Assembly: GCA_017455605.1 (NCBI GenBank)
Contig: JAFSZO010000042.1
Span: 1 to 46,629, forward strand
Reading direction: 5' to 3'
DNA from: Clostridia bacterium
GTDB lineage: Bacteria; Bacillota; Clostridia; Christensenellales; CAG-1252
Length of the DNA: 46,629 nt
Shown here: positions 1-9,431 of the stretch, piece after piece
Numbering within the stretch: the first letter of the stretch is position 1
How the letters are laid out: each line of letters begins with the position of its first letter
The notes under the pieces: generated by a model
Told to the model about the DNA's origin: nothing
The model's input: the letters and a program-made list of their open reading frames with translations, nothing else
Database searches by the model: none
Program-made: the position numbers and the translations under genes

Positions 1-13
1 AGCATTGCTCAAT

Positions 14-39
14 AAAAACGGACGCCGCACGTGCGTCCG
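14..39 (-). terminator. Rho-independent terminator after the XRE gene
   Basis: Stem CGGACGC (19-25) / GCGTCCG (33-39). The A-run at 14-18 on + gives a U-run on the - transcript, about 27 nt past the stop at 66. Confidence 0.6.
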
Positions 40-65
40 CTCTGTACCAAACTGTCAGGGAAGGA

Positions 66-434
66 TCAGTCCTTCGCCTTTTCTGCCTTTACGAGAGACT
101 TCGAGATACCCTCGACCAGCGTGGCGTCGTGCTCACTGAGCGTATAATAGGTCTTCTCTCCGCCCTTCTTTACAACGATGATCGTATTGGGATTCACGTC
201 AGTCTTGGGCTTCGGAATGTAGTCGATGTCCGCGAGCAGGCGCTCGAGGCTGTAGTCCGTGGCGTCGCAGATCTTCTTGAGTGTGTCGAGCTGGATCTTG
301 CGCGTAAAGCCGGTATCCTTGCTCTTCAAAAGCTCGTAAATGTATTGACGCGAATACCCGACCTTGCGGGAAAATGCGGAGATCGTAAGTCCGCTTTCTA
401 CCAAAATCTGTTCAATTGCTTCTCCGAGTTTCAT
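66..434 (-). CDS. XRE-family helix-turn-helix transcriptional regulator
   Basis: ORF 66..443 with HTH signature LTISAFSRKVGYSRQYIYELL. ATG at 434 lies 8 nt after the AAGAGGTG SD. GTG 443 and ATG 440 are too close to the SD. Confidence 0.8.
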   Translation of the reverse strand: MKLGEAIEQILVESGLTISAFSRKVGYSRQYIYELLKSKDTGFTRKIQLDTLKKICDATDYSLERLLADIDYIPKPKTDVNPNTIIVVKKGGEKTYYTLSEHDATLVEGISKSLVKAEKAKD

Positions 435-645
435 ATTCATCACCTCTTTGCCATATTATAACACAAAAATCCATATAATACATTAAAATATAATAAAAAA
501 ATATAATGTTTTTATTACAATTTTCGTTTTTTATGCAACGGTTAAAAGACAAAACCGTGCATTTTCGCCGATCTCGTCTCTTTTTTTGCGTTTTCCCAAA
601 AGCGCCTTTTAATTGAAAAATGAAGAATATGCAAGCTCCATTTGT

Positions 646-674
646 TTGACTTTTTCACGCGCGCGGAATATTAT
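646..674 (+). promoter_or_regulatory. SigA-type promoter of hpt
   Basis: TTGACT (646-651), 17 nt, TATTAT (669-674). It overlaps the TTG at 642 used by the ORF track, which argues for the downstream GTG start. Confidence 0.5.
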
Positions 675-704
675 AGGAATAGCTTTTTACGGAGGAGAAC
701 CACG

Positions 705-1235
705 GTGGAAAAGATAAAAAAGATCCTGATCCCCGAAGCGGACATCAAAGCCAGAGTCCGAGAGCTCGGCGCCGAGATATCTCGCGATTACGCGGGCAAA
801 GCGGTAACGCTCATCTGCATCCTGAACGGTGCTTCCGTCTTCTTTGCCGACCTCGTAAGGGAGCTCGATCTCGACGTTAGGTTCGAGTTCATGTCCGTCT
901 CCAGCTACGGGAGCGGCACGGTCACGAGCGGCGAAGTCAAGATCCTAAAGGACGTCAATTACCCCATCGAAGGCAAGAATGTCATCATCGTGGAGGACAT
1001 CATCGACAGCGGCTGCACCCTCTCCTATCTCAAGAGACTGCTCGAACAGCGCAACCCCGCCTCGATCCGCGTCTGCACGATCCTCGACAAGCCGAGCCGC
1101 CGCAAGGTGGACTTCAAAGGTGAATACGTCGGGTTCGAGATCCCGGACGAATTCGTGATCGGATATGGGCTGGACTACGACGGCAAATACCGCAATCTGA
1201 AAGACGTTTGCGTGCTCGAACTCACGGAGGATTAA
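705..1235 (+). CDS. hpt: Hypoxanthine(-guanine) phosphoribosyltransferase
   Basis: Type I PRT motifs VIIVEDIIDSGCTL, DKPSRR and GYGLDYDGKYRNL. GTG 705 is in frame and preceded by GGAGGAG (691-697). Confidence 0.9.
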   Translation: MEKIKKILIPEADIKARVRELGAEISRDYAGKAVTLICILNGASVFFADLVRELDLDVRFEFMSVSSYGSGTVTSGEVKILKDVNYPIEGKNVIIVEDIIDSGCTLSYLKRLLEQRNPASIRVCTILDKPSRRKVDFKGEYVGFEIPDEFVIGYGLDYDGKYRNLKDVCVLELTED

Positions 1236-1238
1236 ACT

Positions 1239-1778
1239 ATGGAGAAACACTATACCATCGAGATCGCCGGCTTAAAGCGCGATCTGCCCATCTGTAAGGC
1301 GGGCGACAACCTCTATATCGGCGCGTTCGTGATGTTCTCGGATGTGGAACTCACCGTCAAGGCGGCGACAGCTCTCCTCGAGAGGTGCCCCGACTTCGAC
1401 GTGATCCTGACCGCCGAGTCCAAGGGCATCCCCCTCGCCTACGAGATGGCTCGTCAGAGCGGCAAGCGCTATCTCGTCGCACGCAAAGGCGCGAAGCTGT
1501 ATATGCAGACCCCCGTCAAAGTGTACGTAAAGTCCATCACGACCGCGAAGATGCAGGAGCTCTACCTCGATAAATCCGAGCTGGACAGTCTGAAAGGTCA
1601 GCGCGTGCTGATCGTGGACGACGTGGTCTCCACCGGCGAGTCGCTCTCCGCCCTCGAACAGCTGCTCTCCTACGCCTCGGGCACGGTGGTCGGCAAAGCC
1701 TTCGTCCTCGCAGAGGGCGACGCGGCGAAGCGCGACGACGTGATTTATCTGCAGTACCTGCCCCTCTTCTTTGAATAA
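1239..1778 (+). CDS. Type I phosphoribosyltransferase family protein (adenine/xanthine PRT-like)
   Basis: PRPP-binding loop VLIVDDVVSTGESL. Starts 3 nt after the hpt stop. Substrate cannot be assigned from sequence alone. Confidence 0.75.
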   Translation: MEKHYTIEIAGLKRDLPICKAGDNLYIGAFVMFSDVELTVKAATALLERCPDFDVILTAESKGIPLAYEMARQSGKRYLVARKGAKLYMQTPVKVYVKSITTAKMQELYLDKSELDSLKGQRVLIVDDVVSTGESLSALEQLLSYASGTVVGKAFVLAEGDAAKRDDVIYLQYLPLFFE

Positions 1779-1779
1779 A

Positions 1780-1900
1780 GGCGACGTATTGCGGCGCATA
1801 TTCTTCGCTAACTATTTCATCAAAAGGCAGTTACGTACGATCAGTACGCGCCTGCCTTTTTCTTCAAAGAGCGCTCGCCTCTGCACCACTCTCCGCCGCC
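1780..1900 (+). repeat. R1 intergenic element, copy A
   Basis: GACGTATTGCGGCGCATATTCTTCGCTA...AAAAGGCAG-TTACGTAC-GATCA-GTACGCGC-CTGCCTTTT...GAGCGCTCGCCTCTGCACCACTCTCCGCCGCC. Starts 2 nt after the PRT stop. Aligns with the copies at 3466, 7555, 8084 and 26786. Confidence 0.85.
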
Positions 1901-2094
1901 TTTTGTTTAACTAAATTGTTAATTGAACAGCCATCACGCGGTTTTTGCAAAGCCTTGTATTCACAACCTTTCTTCGCTGCCTTTTGTTATTTCTTATCTC
2001 AACGCGCCTCTATCCCCCACGCTCCGCCACTTTACAAAAACGAAAAATCCTGTGATCTGTGTTAAAAAAGGCACAATCAAAACGAGGGAAAGCT

Positions 2095-2373
2095 CTATTT
2101 CAGGCTTTCTATAAACTCCGCCAAAAGCTCCTTTTGTTGTTCGGACAATTGCAATATCGGTTCGCTTCCCTCTTCGCGAAAGAAATCCGACAACGAGACG
2201 TCGAGCGCTTGGCAAATATACCCGAGATACTCCACCGTCGGGCTCTTCAAGCCCTGTTCAAGCTGATAGATATACGTCGGAGAAACTCCAGCAAGATTCG
2301 CCAGCGCGTTCTTGGTCAAGCGATGTTTTTCTCTGAGTTTTTTTATTCTTTCCGCAACTTGCAAATTGTCCAT
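2095..2373 (-). CDS. XRE-family helix-turn-helix transcriptional regulator
   Basis: HTH LTKNALANLAGVSPTYIYQLEQG. ATG at 2373 (the ORF track uses GTG 2379). Divergent from the membrane-protein gene. Confidence 0.8.
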   Translation of the reverse strand: MDNLQVAERIKKLREKHRLTKNALANLAGVSPTYIYQLEQGLKSPTVEYLGYICQALDVSLSDFFREEGSEPILQLSEQQKELLAEFIESLK

Positions 2374-2390
2374 ATACACCCACCGATTTT

Positions 2391-2440
2391 ACTATAGTTT
2401 TATTTTTAAACACAAATCGGAAAAATGTTACAACTATAGT
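2391..2440. promoter_or_regulatory. Two copies of the 8-bp palindrome ACTATAGT (candidate XRE operators)
   Basis: ACTATAGT at 2391-2398 and 2433-2440 in the divergent intergenic region. The second copy abuts the -35 of the + strand promoter. Confidence 0.45.
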
Positions 2441-2441
2441 A

Positions 2442-2470
2442 TTGACAAACTTAAACGAAAGTATTATACT
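2442..2470 (+). promoter_or_regulatory. SigA-type promoter of the 278-aa membrane protein gene
   Basis: TTGACA (2442-2447), 17 nt, TATACT (2465-2470). Confidence 0.6.
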
Positions 2471-2517
2471 GTTCTTGATATATTCTTCACCCCCGAAGAA
2501 ACACAAAGGAGAAAACT

Positions 2518-3354
2518 ATGGCAAAAAACAAAAACTTTTCAGTCAGTATCAAAGTCGGCGACACGGAAAAAACCCTTAATTTTACAGAAGTGTCCTTGCC
2601 TCACGAAGAATGGAAAGCTTTAAGAGCTTCCGGCGATCCCGAACATCTTTTCCTTTTGGGCTTGGGCACAAAACTCAGAATGCAGACCTTGCATAGACTG
2701 TCGCGTTTCGGCACGCTCATTTTGGCGGGTTTGCTCGGTATCGCCGTATTGCTCGGCTTCTTCGTTGACGTTTCCGCAGCAATCATCGTCGGCGTGGTTT
2801 CATTCCTCTTTTTCTCGTTATCGATCTTTTCTCGTTTCGTTCGTTTGGAAGACACCTATTCCTCGATTTTAAAAGCATTAAAACACACGCCTTACCGCGA
2901 AGAATTGGATAAGTTCCATGAGAACTTTTCTTGGATTGAGCTTCTGCTCCTTATCCCGGATTTCATAATCCGCATGATTCCGCTCGTTATAGACACTTTC
3001 TGCATTTTAATCGAAAACGTCTTTCCCCGCTTGGTTGCTTCGCGCACGAACGCCGTCTTTGCCGTTCCCCAAGGTTGCGGTATGGACGACATCATCGCGC
3101 TAAGCGATTTCTATCACGAAACGCTTGAAGAGAAATTGGAACACGCAGCAGAAGATCTCGAGGCTTACGGTCAAGCGGAGATCCAACAATATATGGACGA
3201 GCATACCTACAAACTCAACGATCCGTACGATACCATCCTGAAGCCTACCGGACGCAACAATTACGATTCGTTGAAAGATCGTTATGAATACATTGATCAA
3301 CACGGATACATTTGGTATTCAAACGACAACAAAAGCTTTTACAAAAAGAAGTAA
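2518..3354 (+). CDS. Hypothetical membrane protein
   Basis: AGGAGA SD before the ATG. Hydrophobic helices FGTLILAGLLGIAVLLGFFV, AAIIVGVVSFLFFSLSIF and LLLLIPDFIIRMIPLVIDTFCILI. Visibly AT-richer than the flanks. No recognisable family. Confidence 0.7.
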   Translation: MAKNKNFSVSIKVGDTEKTLNFTEVSLPHEEWKALRASGDPEHLFLLGLGTKLRMQTLHRLSRFGTLILAGLLGIAVLLGFFVDVSAAIIVGVVSFLFFSLSIFSRFVRLEDTYSSILKALKHTPYREELDKFHENFSWIELLLLIPDFIIRMIPLVIDTFCILIENVFPRLVASRTNAVFAVPQGCGMDDIIALSDFYHETLEEKLEHAAEDLEAYGQAEIQQYMDEHTYKLNDPYDTILKPTGRNNYDSLKDRYEYIDQHGYIWYSNDNKSFYKKK

Positions 3355-3372
3355 ACCTTTATAAACTCCACA

Positions 3373-3413
3373 AGATCCGTTTCTTTCGAAAAGATGGAAA
3401 CGGATCTTTTTTT
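3373..3413 (+). terminator. Rho-independent terminator
   Basis: AGATCCGTTTC (3373-3383) / GAAACGGATCT (3397-3407) followed by a T-run to 3413. Confidence 0.8.
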
Positions 3414-3465
3414 AGACCCAAAAACACGAGCGCGGAGGGTTACTAAGAAACATTATCAACAAAAG

Positions 3466-3586
3466 ACAGCGGAGAGTGGTGCGAAGACAAACGCTCATCA
3501 AAAAGGCGAGCAGGAGCGTACTTGATCGTACGTGACTACTCGCCTTTGCAGATGTAGTGAAGTATTCGTGCCGCTATACGCTGTCG
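3466..3586 (-). repeat. R1 intergenic element, copy B (inverted relative to copy A)
   Basis: ACAGCGGAGAGTGGTGCGAAGACAAACGCTC...AAAGGCGAG...GCGTACTTGATCGTACGTGA..CTCGCCTTT...GTGCCGCTATACGCTGTCG. Ends 1 nt before the glnN stop codon. Confidence 0.85.
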
Positions 3587-3587
3587 T

Positions 3588-5681
<2,094 letters not shown>

Positions 5682-5702
5682 GTAGGTTCCTCCTATCATC
5701 CT

Positions 5703-6710
5703 TTACAGTATAATTATGCCGTTCTTTTTCGCCTGTGTTACCGTGTCGTCATCCCACAGCGAGACCTGCACCTCGCCGATGTGCGCCTTCTCGAGCAGGA
5801 GCATCGACAGACGGGATTGTCCGATGCCGCCCCCCATCGTGAGAGGGAGCTCGCCCGCAAGCACCGCCTTGTGGAAGGGGAGGGAGCGACGCGCGTCCGC
5901 GCCCGCTTTGGTCAGCTGTTCGTCCATGCTCTTCTCGTCCACGCGGATGCCCATCGAGGAGACCTCGAAGGCGCAGCCGAGCACCTCGTTGTAAAAGAGG
6001 ATGTCGCCGTTCAGCGCCCAATCGTCGTAGTCGGGCGCCCTGCCGTCGTGCTTTTCGCCGCTCTTCAGCTTGTCGCCGATCTGCATCACGAAAGCTGTCT
6101 TGTACTCGGCGAGGAAGAGGTTCTCGCGCTCCTTCGGCGTGAGATCGGGATACAGATCCTCGAGCTGCTGCGTCGTCACGAAAGCGACCTCGCGGCAGAG
6201 GGAGGTCTTCAGTGCCGGATAGCGGCGATTGAGCTCGTCCTTGACGTCCGCGATGGCGGCGACGATCTTCTTCACCTCGCTCTTCAGATATTCGACGGTG
6301 CGGGTGGAGCGGTCGATGACCTTCTCCCAGTCCCACTGGTCGACGTAGATCGAGTGCAGATTGTCCATCTCCTCGTCGCGACGGATCGCGTTCATATCGG
6401 TGTAGAGCCCCTGCCCGACGGGGAAACCGTAGGTCTTCAGCGCCTGACGCTTCCACTTCGCGAGGGAGTGGACGATGTGCGCCTCCGCGCCCGTCTCCTT
6501 GACGTCGAAATTCACCGCGCGCTCCACGCCGTTGAGGTCGTCGTTCAGTCCGGTCTTCGGATCGACGAACAGAGGAGCGGAAACGCGGATCAGATTCAGC
6601 GCCGCGGCGAGTTTGTCCTCGAACGCGCGCTTCAACACGCCGATCGCGACCTGCGTATCGTAGACGCCGAGACTGCTTTTATATCCTTCGGGTACGTAAA
6701 ATTTGCTCAT
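5703..6710 (-). CDS. asnA: Aspartate--ammonia ligase (asparagine synthetase A)
   Basis: 335 aa. MSKFYVPEGYKSSL...SLAKWKRQAL...DQWDWEKV...GGGIGQSRLSMLLL is the AsnA family pattern. ATG 6710 has an AGAGGT SD. The ORF-track extension to 7190 is rejected. Confidence 0.92.
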   Translation of the reverse strand: MSKFYVPEGYKSSLGVYDTQVAIGVLKRAFEDKLAAALNLIRVSAPLFVDPKTGLNDDLNGVERAVNFDVKETGAEAHIVHSLAKWKRQALKTYGFPVGQGLYTDMNAIRRDEEMDNLHSIYVDQWDWEKVIDRSTRTVEYLKSEVKKIVAAIADVKDELNRRYPALKTSLCREVAFVTTQQLEDLYPDLTPKERENLFLAEYKTAFVMQIGDKLKSGEKHDGRAPDYDDWALNGDILFYNEVLGCAFEVSSMGIRVDEKSMDEQLTKAGADARRSLPFHKAVLAGELPLTMGGGIGQSRLSMLLLEKAHIGEVQVSLWDDDTVTQAKKNGIIIL

Positions 6711-6731
6711 ATTTATTACCTCTTGGCTTCT

Positions 6732-6761
6732 ATTATAATAAACTTTCGCGCGTATTGACAA
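6732..6761 (-). promoter_or_regulatory. SigA-type promoter of asnA-glnN
   Basis: On the - strand: TTGTCA (6761-6756), 18 nt, TATAAT (6737-6732). Confidence 0.5.
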
Positions 6762-6834
6762 CAAAAACGCGTGTCTTTGCCCATAAATCGCGTTATAATG
6801 TAAATAAATAATCTTTATGCGAGGATCTTGCATT

Positions 6835-7566
6835 ATGAGAAATTGGGAAAAAGAAAAGGAAAAACGCGTCGCCTTTATCCGCGATTTGCTCGCAACTTCG
6901 GGCGCAAAAGGCGTCATTTTCGGCAATAGCGGCGGCAAGGACAGCGCTCTGGTCGCAGCCCTCTGCTCCTTCGCGACGAAGAACGTGCTGGGCGTCATTA
7001 TGCCCTGCCACTCCAAGCGCAACTTCGGCGAGGACAAGGAAGACGGGCTCGCCGTCGCCGCGAAATACGGCGTCGAGACGATGATCGTCGACCTGACGAA
7101 GGTGCGCGCGGACCTCATCGAAGCGGTGGGCACGCCCCTCGAGAGCAAGGGGGCGCTGTCCAACATCGCGCCTCGCCTGCGTATGACCACCCTCTACGCG
7201 ATAGGAGCCGAGCGCGGCTACCTCGTGGCCGGTACGGGCAACAAGAGCGAGCGCTATATGGGCTACTTCACGAAATGGGGGGACGGCGCGTGCGACTTCA
7301 ACCCCATCGCAGACCTCGGCGCGACCGAAGTCTTCGACTTCCTGCGCTATCTCGGCGCGCCCGACCACGTCGTGACCAAGGCACCCTCAGCTGGACTCTT
7401 CGAGGGACAAACGGACGAGACGGAGATGGGCGTGACCTACGCCGAGATCGACGCTTATCTGCGCGGCGAACCCGTGTCGAACGAGGCGAAAGCGATCATC
7501 GAACGCTACCACCGCGCGGCGGGGCACAAGATGGTCCTCCCCCCCGTGTATCACGACGACGTATAA
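6835..7566 (+). CDS. nadE: NH3-dependent NAD+ synthetase
   Basis: PP-loop GNSGGKDSALVAAL, plus GTGNKSERYMGYFTKWGDGACDFNPI. ATG 6835 lies 8 nt after GAGGAT. An alternative ATG is at 6817. Confidence 0.9.
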   Translation: MRNWEKEKEKRVAFIRDLLATSGAKGVIFGNSGGKDSALVAALCSFATKNVLGVIMPCHSKRNFGEDKEDGLAVAAKYGVETMIVDLTKVRADLIEAVGTPLESKGALSNIAPRLRMTTLYAIGAERGYLVAGTGNKSERYMGYFTKWGDGACDFNPIADLGATEVFDFLRYLGAPDHVVTKAPSAGLFEGQTDETEMGVTYAEIDAYLRGEPVSNEAKAIIERYHRAAGHKMVLPPVYHDDV

Positions 7567-7676
7567 CGGCGCAGATGCTTCGCTACCGCGTCGCTCGGAG
7601 GTAGTTACGTACAAGGAGTACGCGCCTGCCACACTCGCTCGCGGAGCGCTCGTCTCTGCACCGTTCTCCGTCGTCG
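7555..7676 (+). repeat. R1 intergenic element, copy C
   Basis: GACGACGTATAACGGCGCAGATGCTTCGCTA...GTTACGTACAAGGAGTACGCGCC...GAGCGCTCGTCTCTGCACCGTTCTCCGTCGTCG. The nadE stop codon (7564-7566) lies inside the element. Confidence 0.8.
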
Positions 7677-7814
7677 TGAGTTTGTTTTATTCGACGAACG
7701 AATAAAATGACCTTAAAAAGATTTTTCCTTTCTCCTTCGAGAGAAGAGAAGGCGGAGAGGAAATAGAGGCGAGTGACTTGAAAAAAGCATTCATAATATA
7801 ATTCTCTTCCATCG

Positions 7815-7890
7815 CACGCCATCAAGCTTGGAGCGGAAAAAAAATAAAAAAATGCGAACGTGGAGAGGAGTGTAGCGGCGAGTAACTCCG
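7815..7890 (+). repeat. ~52-nt direct repeat (copy 1) fused to a truncated R1 head
   Basis: CACGCCATCAAGCTTGGAGCGGAAAAAAAATAAAAAAATGCGAACGTGGAGAG, then GAGTGTAGCGGCGAG, a degenerate form of the R1 GGAGAGTGGTGCAGAGGCGAG head. Repeated at 8039. Confidence 0.75.
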
Positions 7891-8038
7891 TAATATATGT
7901 TCAACAAACGATCCTAATCCAAGAGAGCACGCAGAAGGGGGCAGATGCGAGGCTCGCTATGAGGCTTCGCCTCTACGCGGACCTTCGGTACGGAAGCCGA
8001 CGGAAAGGCGCGAATGGAAACAAACAAATACACCCCCG

Positions 8039-8092
8039 CACGCCATCAAGCTTGGAGCGGAAAAAAATATAAAAATTTGCGAACGTGGAGAG
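8039..8092 (+). repeat. ~52-nt direct repeat (copy 2), running into R1 copy D
   Basis: CACGCCATCAAGCTTGGAGCGGAAAAAAATATAAAAATTTGCGAACGTGGAGAG, near-identical to 7815-7867. Confidence 0.8.
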
Positions 8093-8206
8093 TGGTGCAG
8101 AGACAAGCGCTCTCCGAGGAGGCGGGTCTGAGCGTACTCCGTGTACGTGATGCCCGACGACGCAGGAAGTTAGCGCAGTATATGTGCCGCTATACACGTT
8201 CGCCGG
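8084..8206 (-). repeat. R1 intergenic element, copy D (inverted relative to copy C)
   Basis: CGTGGAGAGTGGTGCAGAGACAAGCGCTC...GCGTACTCCGTGTACGTGA...GTGCCGCTATACACGTTCGCCGG. Ends 6 nt before the trmL ATG and supplies its GGAG SD. Confidence 0.85.
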
Positions 8207-8212
8207 AGTAAT

Positions 8213-8713
8213 ATGTTTAACGTAGTACTGTTGCAACCCGAAATCCCCCAAAACACAGGCAACATCGCCCGCACCTGCGCGGCGACGAACTCCGTTCTGC
8301 ACCTCGTGGAGCCGCTCGGCTTCGACATCGACGAGAAAGCCGTCAAGCGCGCGGGACTGGACTATTGGGACAAACTGACGATCAAAGTTTACGAGAATTT
8401 GGCGGATTTTTACGAGCAAAACAAACAAAACGTCGAGAACGGCGCGACGATGTGGTACGCCTCCACCAAGGCAAAGATCGTCTACTCCGACGCGCGTTAC
8501 AAGGACGGAGATTACCTCATCTTCGGCAGGGAGACCAAGGGGATCGACGAGGAGGTCCTCGCGGCGAACTACGACCGAACGGTCCGCATCCCGATGTGGG
8601 GCGAGATCCGCTCGCTGAACCTCTCCAACAGCGTCGCGATCGTGCTGTACGAAGCGCTGCGCCAAAACGGGTTCGACCGCTTCACACTGACGGGAAAACT
8701 GAGGACGAAATGA
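8213..8713 (+). CDS. trmL: tRNA (cytidine/uridine-2'-O-)-methyltransferase, SpoU/TrmL type
   Basis: MFNVVLLQPEIPQNTGNIARTCAA...LIFGRETKGI...RIPMWGEIRSLNLSNSVAIVLYEALRQ is the TrmL signature. Confidence 0.9.
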   Translation: MFNVVLLQPEIPQNTGNIARTCAATNSVLHLVEPLGFDIDEKAVKRAGLDYWDKLTIKVYENLADFYEQNKQNVENGATMWYASTKAKIVYSDARYKDGDYLIFGRETKGIDEEVLAANYDRTVRIPMWGEIRSLNLSNSVAIVLYEALRQNGFDRFTLTGKLRTK

Positions 8714-8732
8714 GGCGAGGCGAGCCCCTCTC

Positions 8733-8764
8733 AATTAGGAATTAGGAATGAGGAATTAGGAATT
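8733..8764 (+). repeat. Heptamer microsatellite (AATTAGG)n, outer cap of the left inverted repeat
   Basis: AATTAGG AATTAGG AATGAGG AATTAGG AATT. The reverse complement (AATTCCT)n occurs at 14373-14397. Confidence 0.9.
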
Positions 8765-9035
8765 GCGGACGCCGAATGCGTTCCGCAATGTCGAGCGATA
8801 GCGAGATACATCATGCTTGCGTAGCAAGTACATCATGTCGCCGAAGGCGTGCTGCCGATGCCGCACAGGCGGAGGCAATGTCGAGCGTAGCGAGATACAT
8901 CATGTTTGCGGAGCAAATACATCATGTCGCCGCAGGCGATACAAAAAAGTGAAGTTGCTTCGCAGTGAAGTACGGCTGACGCCGTGTGAAGCCTATCGCA
9001 GTGAAGTTTGTACCGGATGGTACAAGTTGAGGGTC
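8765..9035 (+). repeat. Left arm of large inverted repeat (IR-L), a linker-hairpin array
   Basis: Internal tandem units at 8787-8849 and 8877-8938, built as (AATGTCGAGCG.TAGCGAGATACATCATG-hairpin-TACATCATG-hairpin). Then four GTGAAGT words alternate with hairpins. 8892-9035 is near-identical to the reverse complement of 13982-14125. Confidence 0.9.
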
Positions 9036-9104
9036 ACTCCGTTCCGGATGCTCCGCGTCGCAGCAAACATTTTTCTCTAAAAGCAAGTTTTTTCTTTTTA
9101 CCTG

Positions 9105-9133
9105 TTGAAATGCCCTCGCGCGTGTGGTATAAT
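9105..9133 (+). promoter_or_regulatory. SigA-type promoter of fdx (extended -10)
   Basis: TTGAAA (9105-9110), 17 nt, TGG-TATAAT (9125-9133). Confidence 0.7.
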
Positions 9134-9179
9134 CGTATACGAGCGTAAAGCTATATTTTATGAAAAGGAGAACAAAACT

Positions 9180-9350
9180 ATGCCCAGATTTATCAGTGAC
9201 GAATGTGTGATGTGCGGCGCTTGCAGCGCTACATGCCCGGTGGAAGCCATCAAGGAAGGAGACGGAAAGTACGTCGTAGACAAAGAGACCTGCATCGATT
9301 GCGGTGCTTGCGAAGCGGGTTGCCCCGTCAGCGCGATCTCGGAAGAATAA
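9180..9350 (+). CDS. fdx: 2x[4Fe-4S] clostridial-type ferredoxin
   Basis: 56 aa with CVMCGACSATCP and CIDCGACEAGCP clusters. ATG 9180 lies 8 nt after AAAGGAG. The upstream TTG 9105 sits inside the promoter. Confidence 0.9.
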   Translation: MPRFISDECVMCGACSATCPVEAIKEGDGKYVVDKETCIDCGACEAGCPVSAISEE

Positions 9351-9358
9351 AACGAAAC

Positions 9359-9386
9359 GCCGGCTCTTCGGAGCCGGCACTTTTAT
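9359..9386 (+). terminator. Rho-independent terminator after fdx
   Basis: GCCGGCTC TTCG GAGCCGGC followed by ACTTTTAT. Confidence 0.75.
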
Positions 9387-9431
9387 CACAATGACGATCT
9401 GTCGGGGCGTCCGCCTCGACGAGGAGAGACT

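Noticed and set aside
6711-7190. Upstream extension of the asnA ORF to 7190
   Set aside because: It would run antisense through the nadE promoter and coding region. MSKFYVPEGY at 6710 is the normal AsnA N-terminus and has an SD.
8765-9035. Possible CRISPR array, because of the regularly spaced repeats
   Set aside because: The repeated words are only 7-10 nt, the spacers are 9-18-nt palindromes, and the array recurs as an inverted copy. No cas genes are present. This is not CRISPR architecture.
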